Origin: Sphingomonadales bacterium
GTDB taxonomy: Bacteria > Bacteroidota > Bacteroidia > NS11-12g > UBA955
NCBI GenBank assembly: GCA_016872175.1
Contig: VHBA01000001.1
Location: forward strand, 2,757-66,756
Reading direction: 5' to 3'
Length of the DNA: 64,000 nt
Made by a program: the position numbers and the translations under genes. Under the pieces are notes generated by a model. It saw nothing but the letters and a program-made list of their open reading frames with translations, was not told where the DNA came from and made no database searches. Shown piece by piece: positions 28,945 through 37,825 of this stretch. Position 1 is the stretch's first letter, and every line of letters begins with the position of its first letter.

Positions 28945-29529
28945 TTATTTTATTTCAACCACAGATTTTTGCATCATTTTTCTCAGATTAATGAGGGCAT
29001 AATGCATCCTGCCAATACAGGTATTGATATTGTTGCCGGTCATTTCGGCTATTTCCTTGAAACTGAGATCTGCATAATGCCTCAGAACCAGCACTTCTTT
29101 CTGTTCGGCAGGCAGCTGGTTGATAAAATTGTGCAAAGAGGCATGCTCCTCACGCTCGATAATAATCTGTTCACGGCTTTCCTCCTTTATGTCTAGAAAA
29201 GAAAAAATATCATTTCCTTCGCTATCGGTAACAATGCCAGGCATACGTCCTTTCTGGCGGATAAAGTCTATGCTGAGGTTGCGTGCTATGCGCAGCGCCC
29301 AGGGTAAAAATTTGTCTTCGTCTCTGTATTTACCGGATTTTAAACACTGAATAACCTTGATGAAGGTTTCCTGAAAGATGTCTTCGGCCAGGTAACGGTC
29401 ATTTACCAACAGGTAAATACTGGTAAAAATGCGTGATTTGTGCCTTTTGATAAGGGTTTCTAACGCTGATTCATTGCCTTCAAGATAAACTTTTAACAAC
29501 GCGCCGTCTGAAATAATGGGTTTTTGCAT
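28945..29529 (-). CDS. ECF-subfamily RNA polymerase sigma-70 factor
   Basis: AEDIFQETFIK, WALRIARN, LPAEQKEVLVLRHYADLSFKEIAEM...NT..GRMHYA. Confidence 0.95.
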   Translation of the reverse strand: MQKPIISDGALLKVYLEGNESALETLIKRHKSRIFTSIYLLVNDRYLAEDIFQETFIKVIQCLKSGKYRDEDKFLPWALRIARNLSIDFIRQKGRMPGIVTDSEGNDIFSFLDIKEESREQIIIEREEHASLHNFINQLPAEQKEVLVLRHYADLSFKEIAEMTGNNINTCIGRMHYALINLRKMMQKSVVEIK

Positions 29530-29671
29530 GGCTTCCTCCTTTTGTGTTTAATGTTAGACTTAATAAAACGGTTTAAGGAGTACGGCTTGCTTACTATAGG
29601 CGTTGTTTATTTAGAGGTTACAATATGCAAGTTCTAACAAAAAAATGACAAATGCAAATTTTTCTTTAAAA

Positions 29672-30580
29672 TTATTTATTTTTTTTCCCGTTGATGTAAT
29701 CGCGGGATGACATGGATGCTTTTCCTGCAGGCTGAATAGTCAACAACTCAAGATATCCATCCTTACACCTATATATTAGGTGATTCTCCACTATTGACAG
29801 GTTTTCATTCAATGGTTTACTCAGATTTGTAACAGGTTGAGCTTTGAAAATCTTAATCGGGCCTTCTGCAGTTTCTATCCATGCGGCGGGGTAAGGGCTT
29901 AACCCCCTGATTTTGTTATGATTTTGTAAAACACTGTCATCAGCAGACAGTTGGCAGAATTCTCTAAAAATCTTTGGCGCCGGTTTTTCATGGCCGGTTA
30001 GTACCTGAGGACGGCTTTGCAAATTCCCGGATTCTACCATATCTACAGTTTTCAAAACTTGTTCTGCTCCTTCAATCATGAGCTTGTCATGCATGGTGCC
30101 TGCATTGTCTTCGGCATCAATGTCAACCGATTGCTGTAAAACAATATCGCCGGTGTCAATCTCATGCTTTAGGAAAAAAGTAGTCACCCCGGTTTGGGTT
30201 TCACCCTGTATAATGGCGTGATTAATAGGTGCAGCACCGCGATATTGAGGCAATAGCGAGGCGTGGAGATTAAATGTTCCTAGCTTAGGCATGCTCCAAA
30301 CAATTTCAGGTAACATTCTGAAAGCAATAACAATCCCCAAATCCGCATTTAACTGTCGCATTTGGGTCACAAATTCCTCAGATCTAAGCTTTTCAGGCTG
30401 CAGAATATTGAGCCCGAGCTCAAGTGCCGCTTTCTTTACATCGCTTTGATGTAAACGCATTCCACGGCCTGCCGGCTTGTCTGGAGCCGTAACAACCGCA
30501 ACCACATTTTTACCGTTTTCAATCAGCTTTCGCAATGAAAAAGCCGCAAATGCCGGGGTGCCAAAGAAAACGATACACAT
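29672..30580 (-). CDS. fmt: Methionyl-tRNA formyltransferase
   Basis: IVFFGTPAFA, NLHASLLPQYRGAAPIN, IDTGD, IRGLSPYP; start at ATG 30580. Confidence 0.96.
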   Translation of the reverse strand: MCIVFFGTPAFAAFSLRKLIENGKNVVAVVTAPDKPAGRGMRLHQSDVKKAALELGLNILQPEKLRSEEFVTQMRQLNADLGIVIAFRMLPEIVWSMPKLGTFNLHASLLPQYRGAAPINHAIIQGETQTGVTTFFLKHEIDTGDIVLQQSVDIDAEDNAGTMHDKLMIEGAEQVLKTVDMVESGNLQSRPQVLTGHEKPAPKIFREFCQLSADDSVLQNHNKIRGLSPYPAAWIETAEGPIKIFKAQPVTNLSKPLNENLSIVENHLIYRCKDGYLELLTIQPAGKASMSSRDYINGKKNK

Positions 30581-30640
30581 GATATATACGTCTAAATAGT
30601 TGTGACGCTGCTGCAAAAGTCCGAAATTTGTAACAAACAC

Positions 30641-33600
30641 ATGGAGTTTGGCAAAAAAATATTTGCGTATTTGTGCATCATTGCCAGCGGACTTTTTGCA
30701 ATTCCTCTGAAATGCCAGCTTAAATTTGTCGAGAACACCGGACAATGGCCTAATTCCTATCATTTTAAAGCATCACTCAGCAGTGCCGATTTGTGGGTCT
30801 CGGATTCAGGTATTTGGATTAATAGCTGGGAACCTGCGGCATCGGAAAAGATGCATGCCAGAAACACCGATGAATTTTTGGTTAACGGCCATGCGTTAAT
30901 CCTGAAATTTAAGGGTGGCAGTTTTCGAAAAACTTCAGGAAAAGGAGAGGTGTTCCCCGAGAAATATCACTATTTTTATGGTAATCAAAAAAAGCAATCT
31001 CAACCTGCACAGGCCTATTCTGTGATTTTTGTAAAAGATCTTTATCCGGGTGTGGACCTTGAAATTATGGAGTTTCAGGGTCGCGTGAAATACAATATCA
31101 TTTGTAGCGATCCCGCCAAAATCAAGCAGGTTCGCTGGAAATACGAAGGTTCTGAAGGTGTAAAAGTTCAATCTGATAACCTTGAAATTATAACTTCATT
31201 GGGTGTTTTCGCAGAACAACTCCCCCGGGTTTTTGCCTCAAACAAAGACGGAGAAACCGATTTGCAGGCTCATTATTTATCTGAGGCAGGATATATTGGC
31301 GTGGATGTGAAAACAGCATCTGTTAAAAGACGCAGAACCAAAACCATTATAGATCCTATACTGGTATTCAGTACTTTCAGTGGCTCACGGGCCGATAATT
31401 TCGGATGTTCAGGAACCTATGATGACTTAGGGAATGCATACGCAGGCGGAACTGTTTTCAATGCAGGTTTGCCAACCACAGCAGGTGCCTATCAAACCAG
31501 ATTTGGAGGAGGTCAGAGCGAAAGCCTCGGATATGGTGGTGCCCGGGATGCTGCAATCCTGAAATTTTCACCGAATGGAAGCACACTCCTTTATTGTACA
31601 TACCTTGGCGGGGAAAACAATGAGCAGCCGCATAGCATGGTGGTAGACCGTTTTGGCAATTTATATATGATGGGTAGTACCAAAAGCCGCACCTTCCCGG
31701 TCACATCTGGGGCTTACCAGTCATCCCAACGCGGTGATTACGATTTTTTCGTCTCTAAACTCAGCAATGATGGCAGTCAACTATTGGCTTCCACATTCTT
31801 GGGCGGGACAGGTATGGATGCTGTTGGCGCCAACCGAGCCTCAGATCCTATTGATGATTATCCCTTATTATATAACTACGCCGATGAATTCAGGGGTGAA
31901 ATAATAACCGACGATACACAGGTATTTATTGCAGGATTTACCTATAGCATTGATTTTCCCCGCTCTTCAAACAGCGCCTGGTTTGGTGGCAAGGAAGATG
32001 CCGTACTTTTTGCCATGAATAATAACCTTACCCAATTAAAATGGTCGCAGTTGGCCGGTAGTAGCGGTCATGATGCATTTTATGGTGTTGCCTTGGGCAA
32101 ACATGGCGATTTGTATGCTTCCGGTGGTAGCAGTAGCAAGGATCTCCCGTCAAAGTTCCCCGTAATTTTTAAAAACAGCTATTTGGGAGGTATTGCCGAT
32201 GGTATTGCCTTTAGGTTCAATAAATACAGTGGTAAAGCACTTGCGGCAACCCACATAGGCACCGCTGCTTACGAACAGGCCTATTTTGCACAGACGGATA
32301 ATTCGGGCAATCCGTATTTCTTCGGACAAACAGAAGGTGTTTTTCCCATTATCAACGCCATCTATAACCAGTCGGCAAAGGGACAATTCATCATAAGGCA
32401 TGATACTGGTCTTAACAATTTAACCCTGAGCACAACTTTTGGCGCTAACAGCAACCAGCCAAACATAAGCCCGTCAGCCTTTCTAGTTGATCGATGTGAA
32501 AGAATTTTTGTTTCAGGGTGGGGAGGTTCTACCAATGACTATCTCACAGATAACCAGACCGGATCACCAAAAGTGCACAGAAATACGGGCAACACCAACA
32601 ATCTCCCTATTTCCGCAGATGCAGCGCAAAAAGTCACCGACGGCAGTGATTTTTATGTGGCTGTTTTTAGTAAAAATATGAATAGTCTGGCCTATGCAAC
32701 TTTCTTCGGAGGCATCTCTTCTGGCAACAAACAGGCTCAGGAACATGTGGATGGCGGTACAAGCCGCTTTGACAAGAAAGGAATTATCTACCAATCAGTG
32801 TGTGCAGGTTGTGGCCGAAATGGATTATTTCCCACCACACCGGGCGCCTACAGCCGTAACATGAACAGCAATAACTGTAACAATGCCATTTTTAAAATAG
32901 ACTTTGAAAACCTGAATAAAAAGCCTTCCATGAAGGATACGTTTGTTCAGGTAATTGCCACCCAGTCAATAAATTTTACACTTAAGGCCACTGATCCTGA
33001 TCCGTTTGATACGCTCATGCTAAAGGCTTTCAGGCTGAAAAACGGTGGCATGAAAGGCAATGATACTGCTTCTGTAATTGTCACCCCCGGAATTGGCAAT
33101 GCGCGCATTGCATTAAAGTGGAACACCACCTGTGGCAGTTTCTCGTCTGATACAGTTGTTTTTAGGGTAATGGTTTTTGACCGTGGTTGTCCCAAAGCCG
33201 ATACTACCTGGGCAACTATTAGGATTTTAGTTACACCACCCCCCAAAGTGATACCACCTGATGCCATATGCGTGAGTCTGGACAGGGCTACAGGCAAAAT
33301 AAAAGTTTCGTGGAAAGCTACTTCACAACCCGCCGCATTTTTTAAATATATTTTGCTGGAAAGAACCAATCCCGACAATTCAGTTATAACCCTGGATACT
33401 ATACGAAACTTCAATGCCGGTGAATTTTCAGACGTATTAACCGTAGATCCTTCAAATAACAATTACTGCTACCGACTTAAGGGTTATAATATCTGCAACG
33501 AAATGGTGCAGAGTACGCTTCCTTTTTGCACGGTTTCTGAAATAAACACCCCCATTGCTTCAACTCCCATGAAATTCGCCACTGTTGATTTTGATAAAAC

Positions 33601-34387
33601 AGTGCGGGCAGAATGGGAACCCAGCAAAGAGCCTGATTTCAAGGAATACGAAATTTACCGTTATCCAAGAGGCGGAAGCAAAGGTAAATCGCCTTTTTTG
33701 GTTACAACAGATACATTGATAAATGATGCATCTTTCAACGTTGATAATGAATCATATTGCTACACTGTTGTGGTGGTTGATAAATGTGGTCACATCAGCA
33801 AACCCGGGGTAGAAGCCTGTAATATTGTGCTTTCAGGAACTGCTACAGGCAGACCGCAATATTACTTTGATTTATCCTGGCAGGATTATATCTCATGGAC
33901 CGGTGCTGTTGATTACTGGACTGTGGAAAGGCAGTATTCTTTAAAACCATGGACTGAGATTGCTTCAAACGTAAAAAACAGACAGGCCCGGGATGCCAAT
34001 CTGGACTATGATTGGGGAGGCTACTGGTATCGTGTTACCGCCCATGAGTTTGCCGCATCTGCCAGCAGAAAACCCTATACCAGCCAAAGCAATTGGATTT
34101 ATCTTTATCAGCCGCCGGAATTATGGGTTCCCAACGCTTTTACTGAAAATGAAGACCGAATAAATGATGTATGGGGTACGGTTCCTGTATTTGTGAAAAA
34201 TTATCAAATGCGGGTTTACGATCGCTGGGGTGGAAAAATCTGGGAAAGCTTTGACAAAAAGCTACAGTGGGATGGTAAAATAAACGGCAATGCTGCACCA
34301 GATGGGGTTTATGCATGGTATGTGATATTTGACGGCTGGGACAACAAAACCTACAAAACCAAAGGTACCGTAACTGTCATTCACTAA
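30641..34387 (+). CDS. Large T9SS-secreted surface protein: beta-propeller (SBBP-like) repeats, FN3/Ig-like domains, type-B (CHU_C) CTD
   Basis: FVENTGQW, IIDPILVFSTFSG, repeated TYLGG/TFLGG and T.GAYQ units, C-terminal VPNAFTEN.D..ND.W...VYDRWG...DGVY. Confidence 0.85.
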   Translation: MEFGKKIFAYLCIIASGLFAIPLKCQLKFVENTGQWPNSYHFKASLSSADLWVSDSGIWINSWEPAASEKMHARNTDEFLVNGHALILKFKGGSFRKTSGKGEVFPEKYHYFYGNQKKQSQPAQAYSVIFVKDLYPGVDLEIMEFQGRVKYNIICSDPAKIKQVRWKYEGSEGVKVQSDNLEIITSLGVFAEQLPRVFASNKDGETDLQAHYLSEAGYIGVDVKTASVKRRRTKTIIDPILVFSTFSGSRADNFGCSGTYDDLGNAYAGGTVFNAGLPTTAGAYQTRFGGGQSESLGYGGARDAAILKFSPNGSTLLYCTYLGGENNEQPHSMVVDRFGNLYMMGSTKSRTFPVTSGAYQSSQRGDYDFFVSKLSNDGSQLLASTFLGGTGMDAVGANRASDPIDDYPLLYNYADEFRGEIITDDTQVFIAGFTYSIDFPRSSNSAWFGGKEDAVLFAMNNNLTQLKWSQLAGSSGHDAFYGVALGKHGDLYASGGSSSKDLPSKFPVIFKNSYLGGIADGIAFRFNKYSGKALAATHIGTAAYEQAYFAQTDNSGNPYFFGQTEGVFPIINAIYNQSAKGQFIIRHDTGLNNLTLSTTFGANSNQPNISPSAFLVDRCERIFVSGWGGSTNDYLTDNQTGSPKVHRNTGNTNNLPISADAAQKVTDGSDFYVAVFSKNMNSLAYATFFGGISSGNKQAQEHVDGGTSRFDKKGIIYQSVCAGCGRNGLFPTTPGAYSRNMNSNNCNNAIFKIDFENLNKKPSMKDTFVQVIATQSINFTLKATDPDPFDTLMLKAFRLKNGGMKGNDTASVIVTPGIGNARIALKWNTTCGSFSSDTVVFRVMVFDRGCPKADTTWATIRILVTPPPKVIPPDAICVSLDRATGKIKVSWKATSQPAAFFKYILLERTNPDNSVITLDTIRNFNAGEFSDVLTVDPSNNNYCYRLKGYNICNEMVQSTLPFCTVSEINTPIASTPMKFATVDFDKTVRAEWEPSKEPDFKEYEIYRYPRGGSKGKSPFLVTTDTLINDASFNVDNESYCYTVVVVDKCGHISKPGVEACNIVLSGTATGRPQYYFDLSWQDYISWTGAVDYWTVERQYSLKPWTEIASNVKNRQARDANLDYDWGGYWYRVTAHEFAASASRKPYTSQSNWIYLYQPPELWVPNAFTENEDRINDVWGTVPVFVKNYQMRVYDRWGGKIWESFDKKLQWDGKINGNAAPDGVYAWYVIFDGWDNKTYKTKGTVTVIH

Positions 34388-34534
34388 ATGGCCAAATTAC
34401 CACAAAAAAAACGCATTGAACCCAAAATTTGCATAGTATGCCATAGACCGTTTGAATGGCGCAAGAAATGGGAGAAAAACTGGGATGAAGTAAAATATTG
34501 CAGCGATAAGTGCAGGATGCATAAAGCAAGATAA
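34388..34534 (+). CDS. DUF2256-family small CxxC protein
   Basis: 48 aa, below the ORF-track cutoff: [31 protein letters not shown]. Confidence 0.85.
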   Translation: MAKLPQKKRIEPKICIVCHRPFEWRKKWEKNWDEVKYCSDKCRMHKAR

Positions 34535-34667
34535 TAAAAATGGCAAAAATCTGATAATGAATTTCAAGTTTATGCGTTAAACCGAAATTCTTAACAATAA
34601 GGTTATTTGCATTTAACGCCATGTGTCAGTAATATTGCACCTTTAACAAAAAAACATCAATATCCGT

Positions 34668-35480
34668 ATGAATAACACAGAAAAATCATCAGGTAACAAT
34701 GCCCTCATGGGTTGGTTTGCAGGCGCCGCCATCTTGTTTGCGCTGTTGGTTGGGGTTCTTATCTACTGGAAAGTAATGGGTAATGCCTCCAACTTTGAAA
34801 ATAACGACATCGAAAAAGGACACCCCAAAAACATTTTGGGTATCATCCACCGTGGTGGATTTATCGTGCCTTTGCTTATTGCCGTTAACATCACCGTAAT
34901 TCTGGTAGTGGTAGAAAGATTCATCACGCTTTCCGCTGCTTCGGGCAAAGGGAATGCTGCTTCTTTTATCCGTAGCATTCGCCAGATGCTGGGTAAAAAT
35001 CAGTTTGAAGATGCCATAGCTGCATGTGACACGCAGAAAGGTTCTTTGGCAAGTGTTGTTCGCAGTGGCCTTGTGCGCTACCAGCTTGTTACCAAAGACA
35101 GCAAACTTAGCAACGACGAGAAAAAAGCAGCCATCGAAAAAGAATTGGAAGAGGCTACCGGCCTGGAATTGCCTATGCTATCCCGCAATCTGGTAATTGT
35201 TTCAACCTGTGCTTCTATCGGAACACTGATTGGTCTGATAGGTACAGTATTCGGTATGATTCGTGCATTTGCGGCTCTTGCAAACACCGGAGCGCCAGAT
35301 ACAGCTGCCCTTGCAACAGGTATCTCTGAAGCACTTGTTAATACTGCATTTGGTATTATAGCTTCAACCCTGGCTATCATTTTTTACAACTATTTCACCA
35401 ACCGCATAGACAGCATGACCTACAGCATGGATGAAGCCGGATACAGCATTGTGTCTGAGTTCAATTCCAATCATGCTTAA
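34668..35480 (+). CDS. exbB: MotA/TolQ/ExbB proton channel
   Basis: GTLIGLIGTVFGMIRAF, LATGISEALVNTAFG. Confidence 0.93.
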   Translation: MNNTEKSSGNNALMGWFAGAAILFALLVGVLIYWKVMGNASNFENNDIEKGHPKNILGIIHRGGFIVPLLIAVNITVILVVVERFITLSAASGKGNAASFIRSIRQMLGKNQFEDAIAACDTQKGSLASVVRSGLVRYQLVTKDSKLSNDEKKAAIEKELEEATGLELPMLSRNLVIVSTCASIGTLIGLIGTVFGMIRAFAALANTGAPDTAALATGISEALVNTAFGIIASTLAIIFYNYFTNRIDSMTYSMDEAGYSIVSEFNSNHA

Positions 35481-35528
35481 TGCCGTTTACCTTTTATTTA
35501 CTAATCGTATAAAGTTAAAAATAGGACC

Positions 35529-36200
35529 ATGCCAAAGGTGAAAATGCCCCGCTCGAATCCTACACTGGACATGACGCCCATGGTGGATTTGGCGTTTCTG
35601 CTGGTAACCTTTTTCATGCTCACTTCTAGTTTCAGAACCCCGGAACCGGTGGTGGTAGATCCACCCACAAGTACCACAAAAATCGAAATACCCAAACAGG
35701 TATTTATGATTACAGTAGACAATAAAGGTGGTGCGTTTATAGATATCACCAATGCCGCCGTAAAATCAAGGGTCTTTGAAAAGGTTTGCAATCAGTATGG
35801 TATGAAGGTGGATTCTCTTACCGTGAAGAAATTCGCAGGATCAGGAGCCATCGGGATGAAATTATCATCTATACCACAATACCTGGAGCTGGAAGCCAAT
35901 GAAAGAACCAAGGTAAATCAGACAGGTGTGCCTTATGACACAACCGGGAAAAAAAGTGAATTGTACTGGTGGGCTTTTTATACAAGAACTGAGGCACACG
36001 CCGATTTTAAAATGCGTGAAGAGGAAGCCAAAACCAGAAAACTACCATTCGATAAATCCAATTACATACAGTTTGCGGTAAAAGCAGCATCAGATGCCAA
36101 GTACGACGCCGTGAAGAATGTAATTCAGATTTTCAGGGATGCGAAAGTCAAGCAATTCCAGATGATTACAGGCCTCGAAGCAGAACCATCATTGAAATAA
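35529..36200 (+). CDS. exbD: Biopolymer transporter ExbD
   Basis: LDMTPMVDLAFLLVTFFMLT. Confidence 0.92.
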   Translation: MPKVKMPRSNPTLDMTPMVDLAFLLVTFFMLTSSFRTPEPVVVDPPTSTTKIEIPKQVFMITVDNKGGAFIDITNAAVKSRVFEKVCNQYGMKVDSLTVKKFAGSGAIGMKLSSIPQYLELEANERTKVNQTGVPYDTTGKKSELYWWAFYTRTEAHADFKMREEEAKTRKLPFDKSNYIQFAVKAASDAKYDAVKNVIQIFRDAKVKQFQMITGLEAEPSLK

Positions 36201-36215
36201 GAAAGGAATAAAAAC

Positions 36216-36848
36216 ATGGCACAAATTCAGGAATCAGGTGGTGGTGGCCACGGTAAAGGTGGTAAAAAAAGAGCCAAAAAATCGAGTACCCATGTGGACA
36301 TGACGCCCATGGTGGATCTGGCTTTTCTGCTGCTTACATTTTTCGTTCTAACCTCCACATTTAGCAAGCCCAAAGTGCTCCGAATGATTTTTCCCGAAAA
36401 GCTTGATAAAATCGACAACGTAAAAGCTCCGGAGGTGAAGGATGGTTTAACCCTGCTGCTAACAGACAAAGACAAAATTTACTATTACAGAGGTTCTTTA
36501 AAACCTACTACTGAACTAATTCCCATCGATTATACCCGCACCGGGCTCAGAAAGGTATTGGTAGATTATAATTCAGATATGTTGCTAAAGCTGCAGGACA
36601 TTCAAAAGCGCATGAACAAGGTTGATGAGAAAGACACTGCGGCAAAAAGGAAGTTGGATGATGAGGTACTTCAAGTACAAACCGCTTCAAAGCAGATTGT
36701 ACTGGTGAAAAATGATGAGGGCGCAACCTACCGCAATATGATTGATGTGATGGATGAGTTTATGATTACCCAAATTGCCAAATACTTCGTTATCGATGAA
36801 GGAATGGCTAAACTGGAGAAAGATCTCATTAAAAAACAAGGAAACTAA
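36216..36848 (+). CDS. exbD: Biopolymer transporter ExbD (second copy)
   Basis: VDMTPMVDLAFLLLTFFVLT, ATYRNMIDVMDE. Confidence 0.92.
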   Translation: MAQIQESGGGGHGKGGKKRAKKSSTHVDMTPMVDLAFLLLTFFVLTSTFSKPKVLRMIFPEKLDKIDNVKAPEVKDGLTLLLTDKDKIYYYRGSLKPTTELIPIDYTRTGLRKVLVDYNSDMLLKLQDIQKRMNKVDEKDTAAKRKLDDEVLQVQTASKQIVLVKNDEGATYRNMIDVMDEFMITQIAKYFVIDEGMAKLEKDLIKKQGN

Positions 36849-36860
36849 AAAGGAGGAAAT

Positions 36861-37676
36861 ATGGCAAACGACATTTTTAACGCATGGGATCAGCCGGAAT
36901 CGGCGGACCGCCTTGCCATGGTTTTTGAAGGACGACTTAAAGATTATGGAGCATTTTATGTTAGAAGCATTTACCGTAAATCCAAGGTTGTTGCTACAGT
37001 CATTGCCTGCTCTGCCGTTTTAATCGCGGCTTCCATCCCATTAATTATTGAAAAAATGGGAGGAAAGGATACAGGGAAGCCATCTAAAATAGTCATTACC
37101 ACCCTGGAAGATGTGAAACCACCCGAAGAGGAAGAGGAGCAACCTAAGGAACAACCCAAAATTGAAGAGCCAGAGCCTATAGCAACCCAGGCTTATGTAG
37201 CACCAATTATTAACGAGCAAACAACCGAGGAATTTGAAACCCCCCCCGTTTCAAGCATTACCAATGCCAGTACCAAAACCCAACAGGGTGTTGACGATCC
37301 TTTTGATGGCTCAACTGGAACAGGTGGCGGCAGTCCGATAGAAGGTAATAATGAACCTGCCTTAATCGTGCAGCGCGAAGCTAAGTTTCCCGGTGGTGAT
37401 GAAGCTTTTAAACGTTTTATTGTTGCAAACTTTGAGTATCCTGAACGCTGCCGCGACGAAGGAATTGAAGGTTATGTGCAACTTAAATTCGTAGTGGATG
37501 TGAATGGAAGAATTTCAAGAATCCAGATCATTCAGCCCACACCTGGTTGCCCTGAATTTGATAAAGAAGCCATTCGCGTGCTACAAAAATGTCCGCCCTG
37601 GATTCCGGCGCAGAATAATGGTAAGTTTCTCACATCATGGAGAACACTGCCAATTCGTCTGTTGCTTCAGCAATAA
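36861..37676 (+). CDS. tonB: Energy transducer TonB
   Basis: VFEGR.KDYGAF, TM helix, Pro/Glu-rich linker, FPGG...YPE...GIEG.V...FVVD..G...EAIRV...WIPA. Confidence 0.92.
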   Translation: MANDIFNAWDQPESADRLAMVFEGRLKDYGAFYVRSIYRKSKVVATVIACSAVLIAASIPLIIEKMGGKDTGKPSKIVITTLEDVKPPEEEEEQPKEQPKIEEPEPIATQAYVAPIINEQTTEEFETPPVSSITNASTKTQQGVDDPFDGSTGTGGGSPIEGNNEPALIVQREAKFPGGDEAFKRFIVANFEYPERCRDEGIEGYVQLKFVVDVNGRISRIQIIQPTPGCPEFDKEAIRVLQKCPPWIPAQNNGKFLTSWRTLPIRLLLQQ

Positions 37677-37693
37677 TTAAAATGAAGTGTATT

Positions 37694-37724
37694 AGGCTGC
37701 TGTATTAAAACAGCAGCCTTTTTT
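37694..37724 (+). terminator. Intrinsic terminator after tonB
   Basis: AGGCTGCTGT...ACAGCAGCCTTTTTT. Confidence 0.85.
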
Positions 37725-37825
37725 ATGAATACCAAACAATGAAATATTTTTACGTTACCATACTTTTGGCAATAAATTGATTGGAATAACATTATTTGAA
37801 TACAAGGTGACCGGTCCTTGTTTTT

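Noticed and set aside
29611..29634. Autoregulatory ECF promoter GAACTT...TCTAA upstream of the sigma gene
   Set aside because: Spacer is 13 nt, shorter than the usual 16-17, and this sigma's specificity is unknown
30581..30763. Head-to-head overlap of fmt and the large secreted-protein ORFs
   Set aside because: Artefact of longest-ORF starts; ATG 30580 and ATG 30641 remove the overlap
35566..36331. Near-identical ~38-nt repeat (TGGACATGACGCCCATGGTGGAT...) in the two exbD genes
   Set aside because: Encodes the conserved DMTPMVDLAFLL motif rich in single-codon Met; explained by protein constraint
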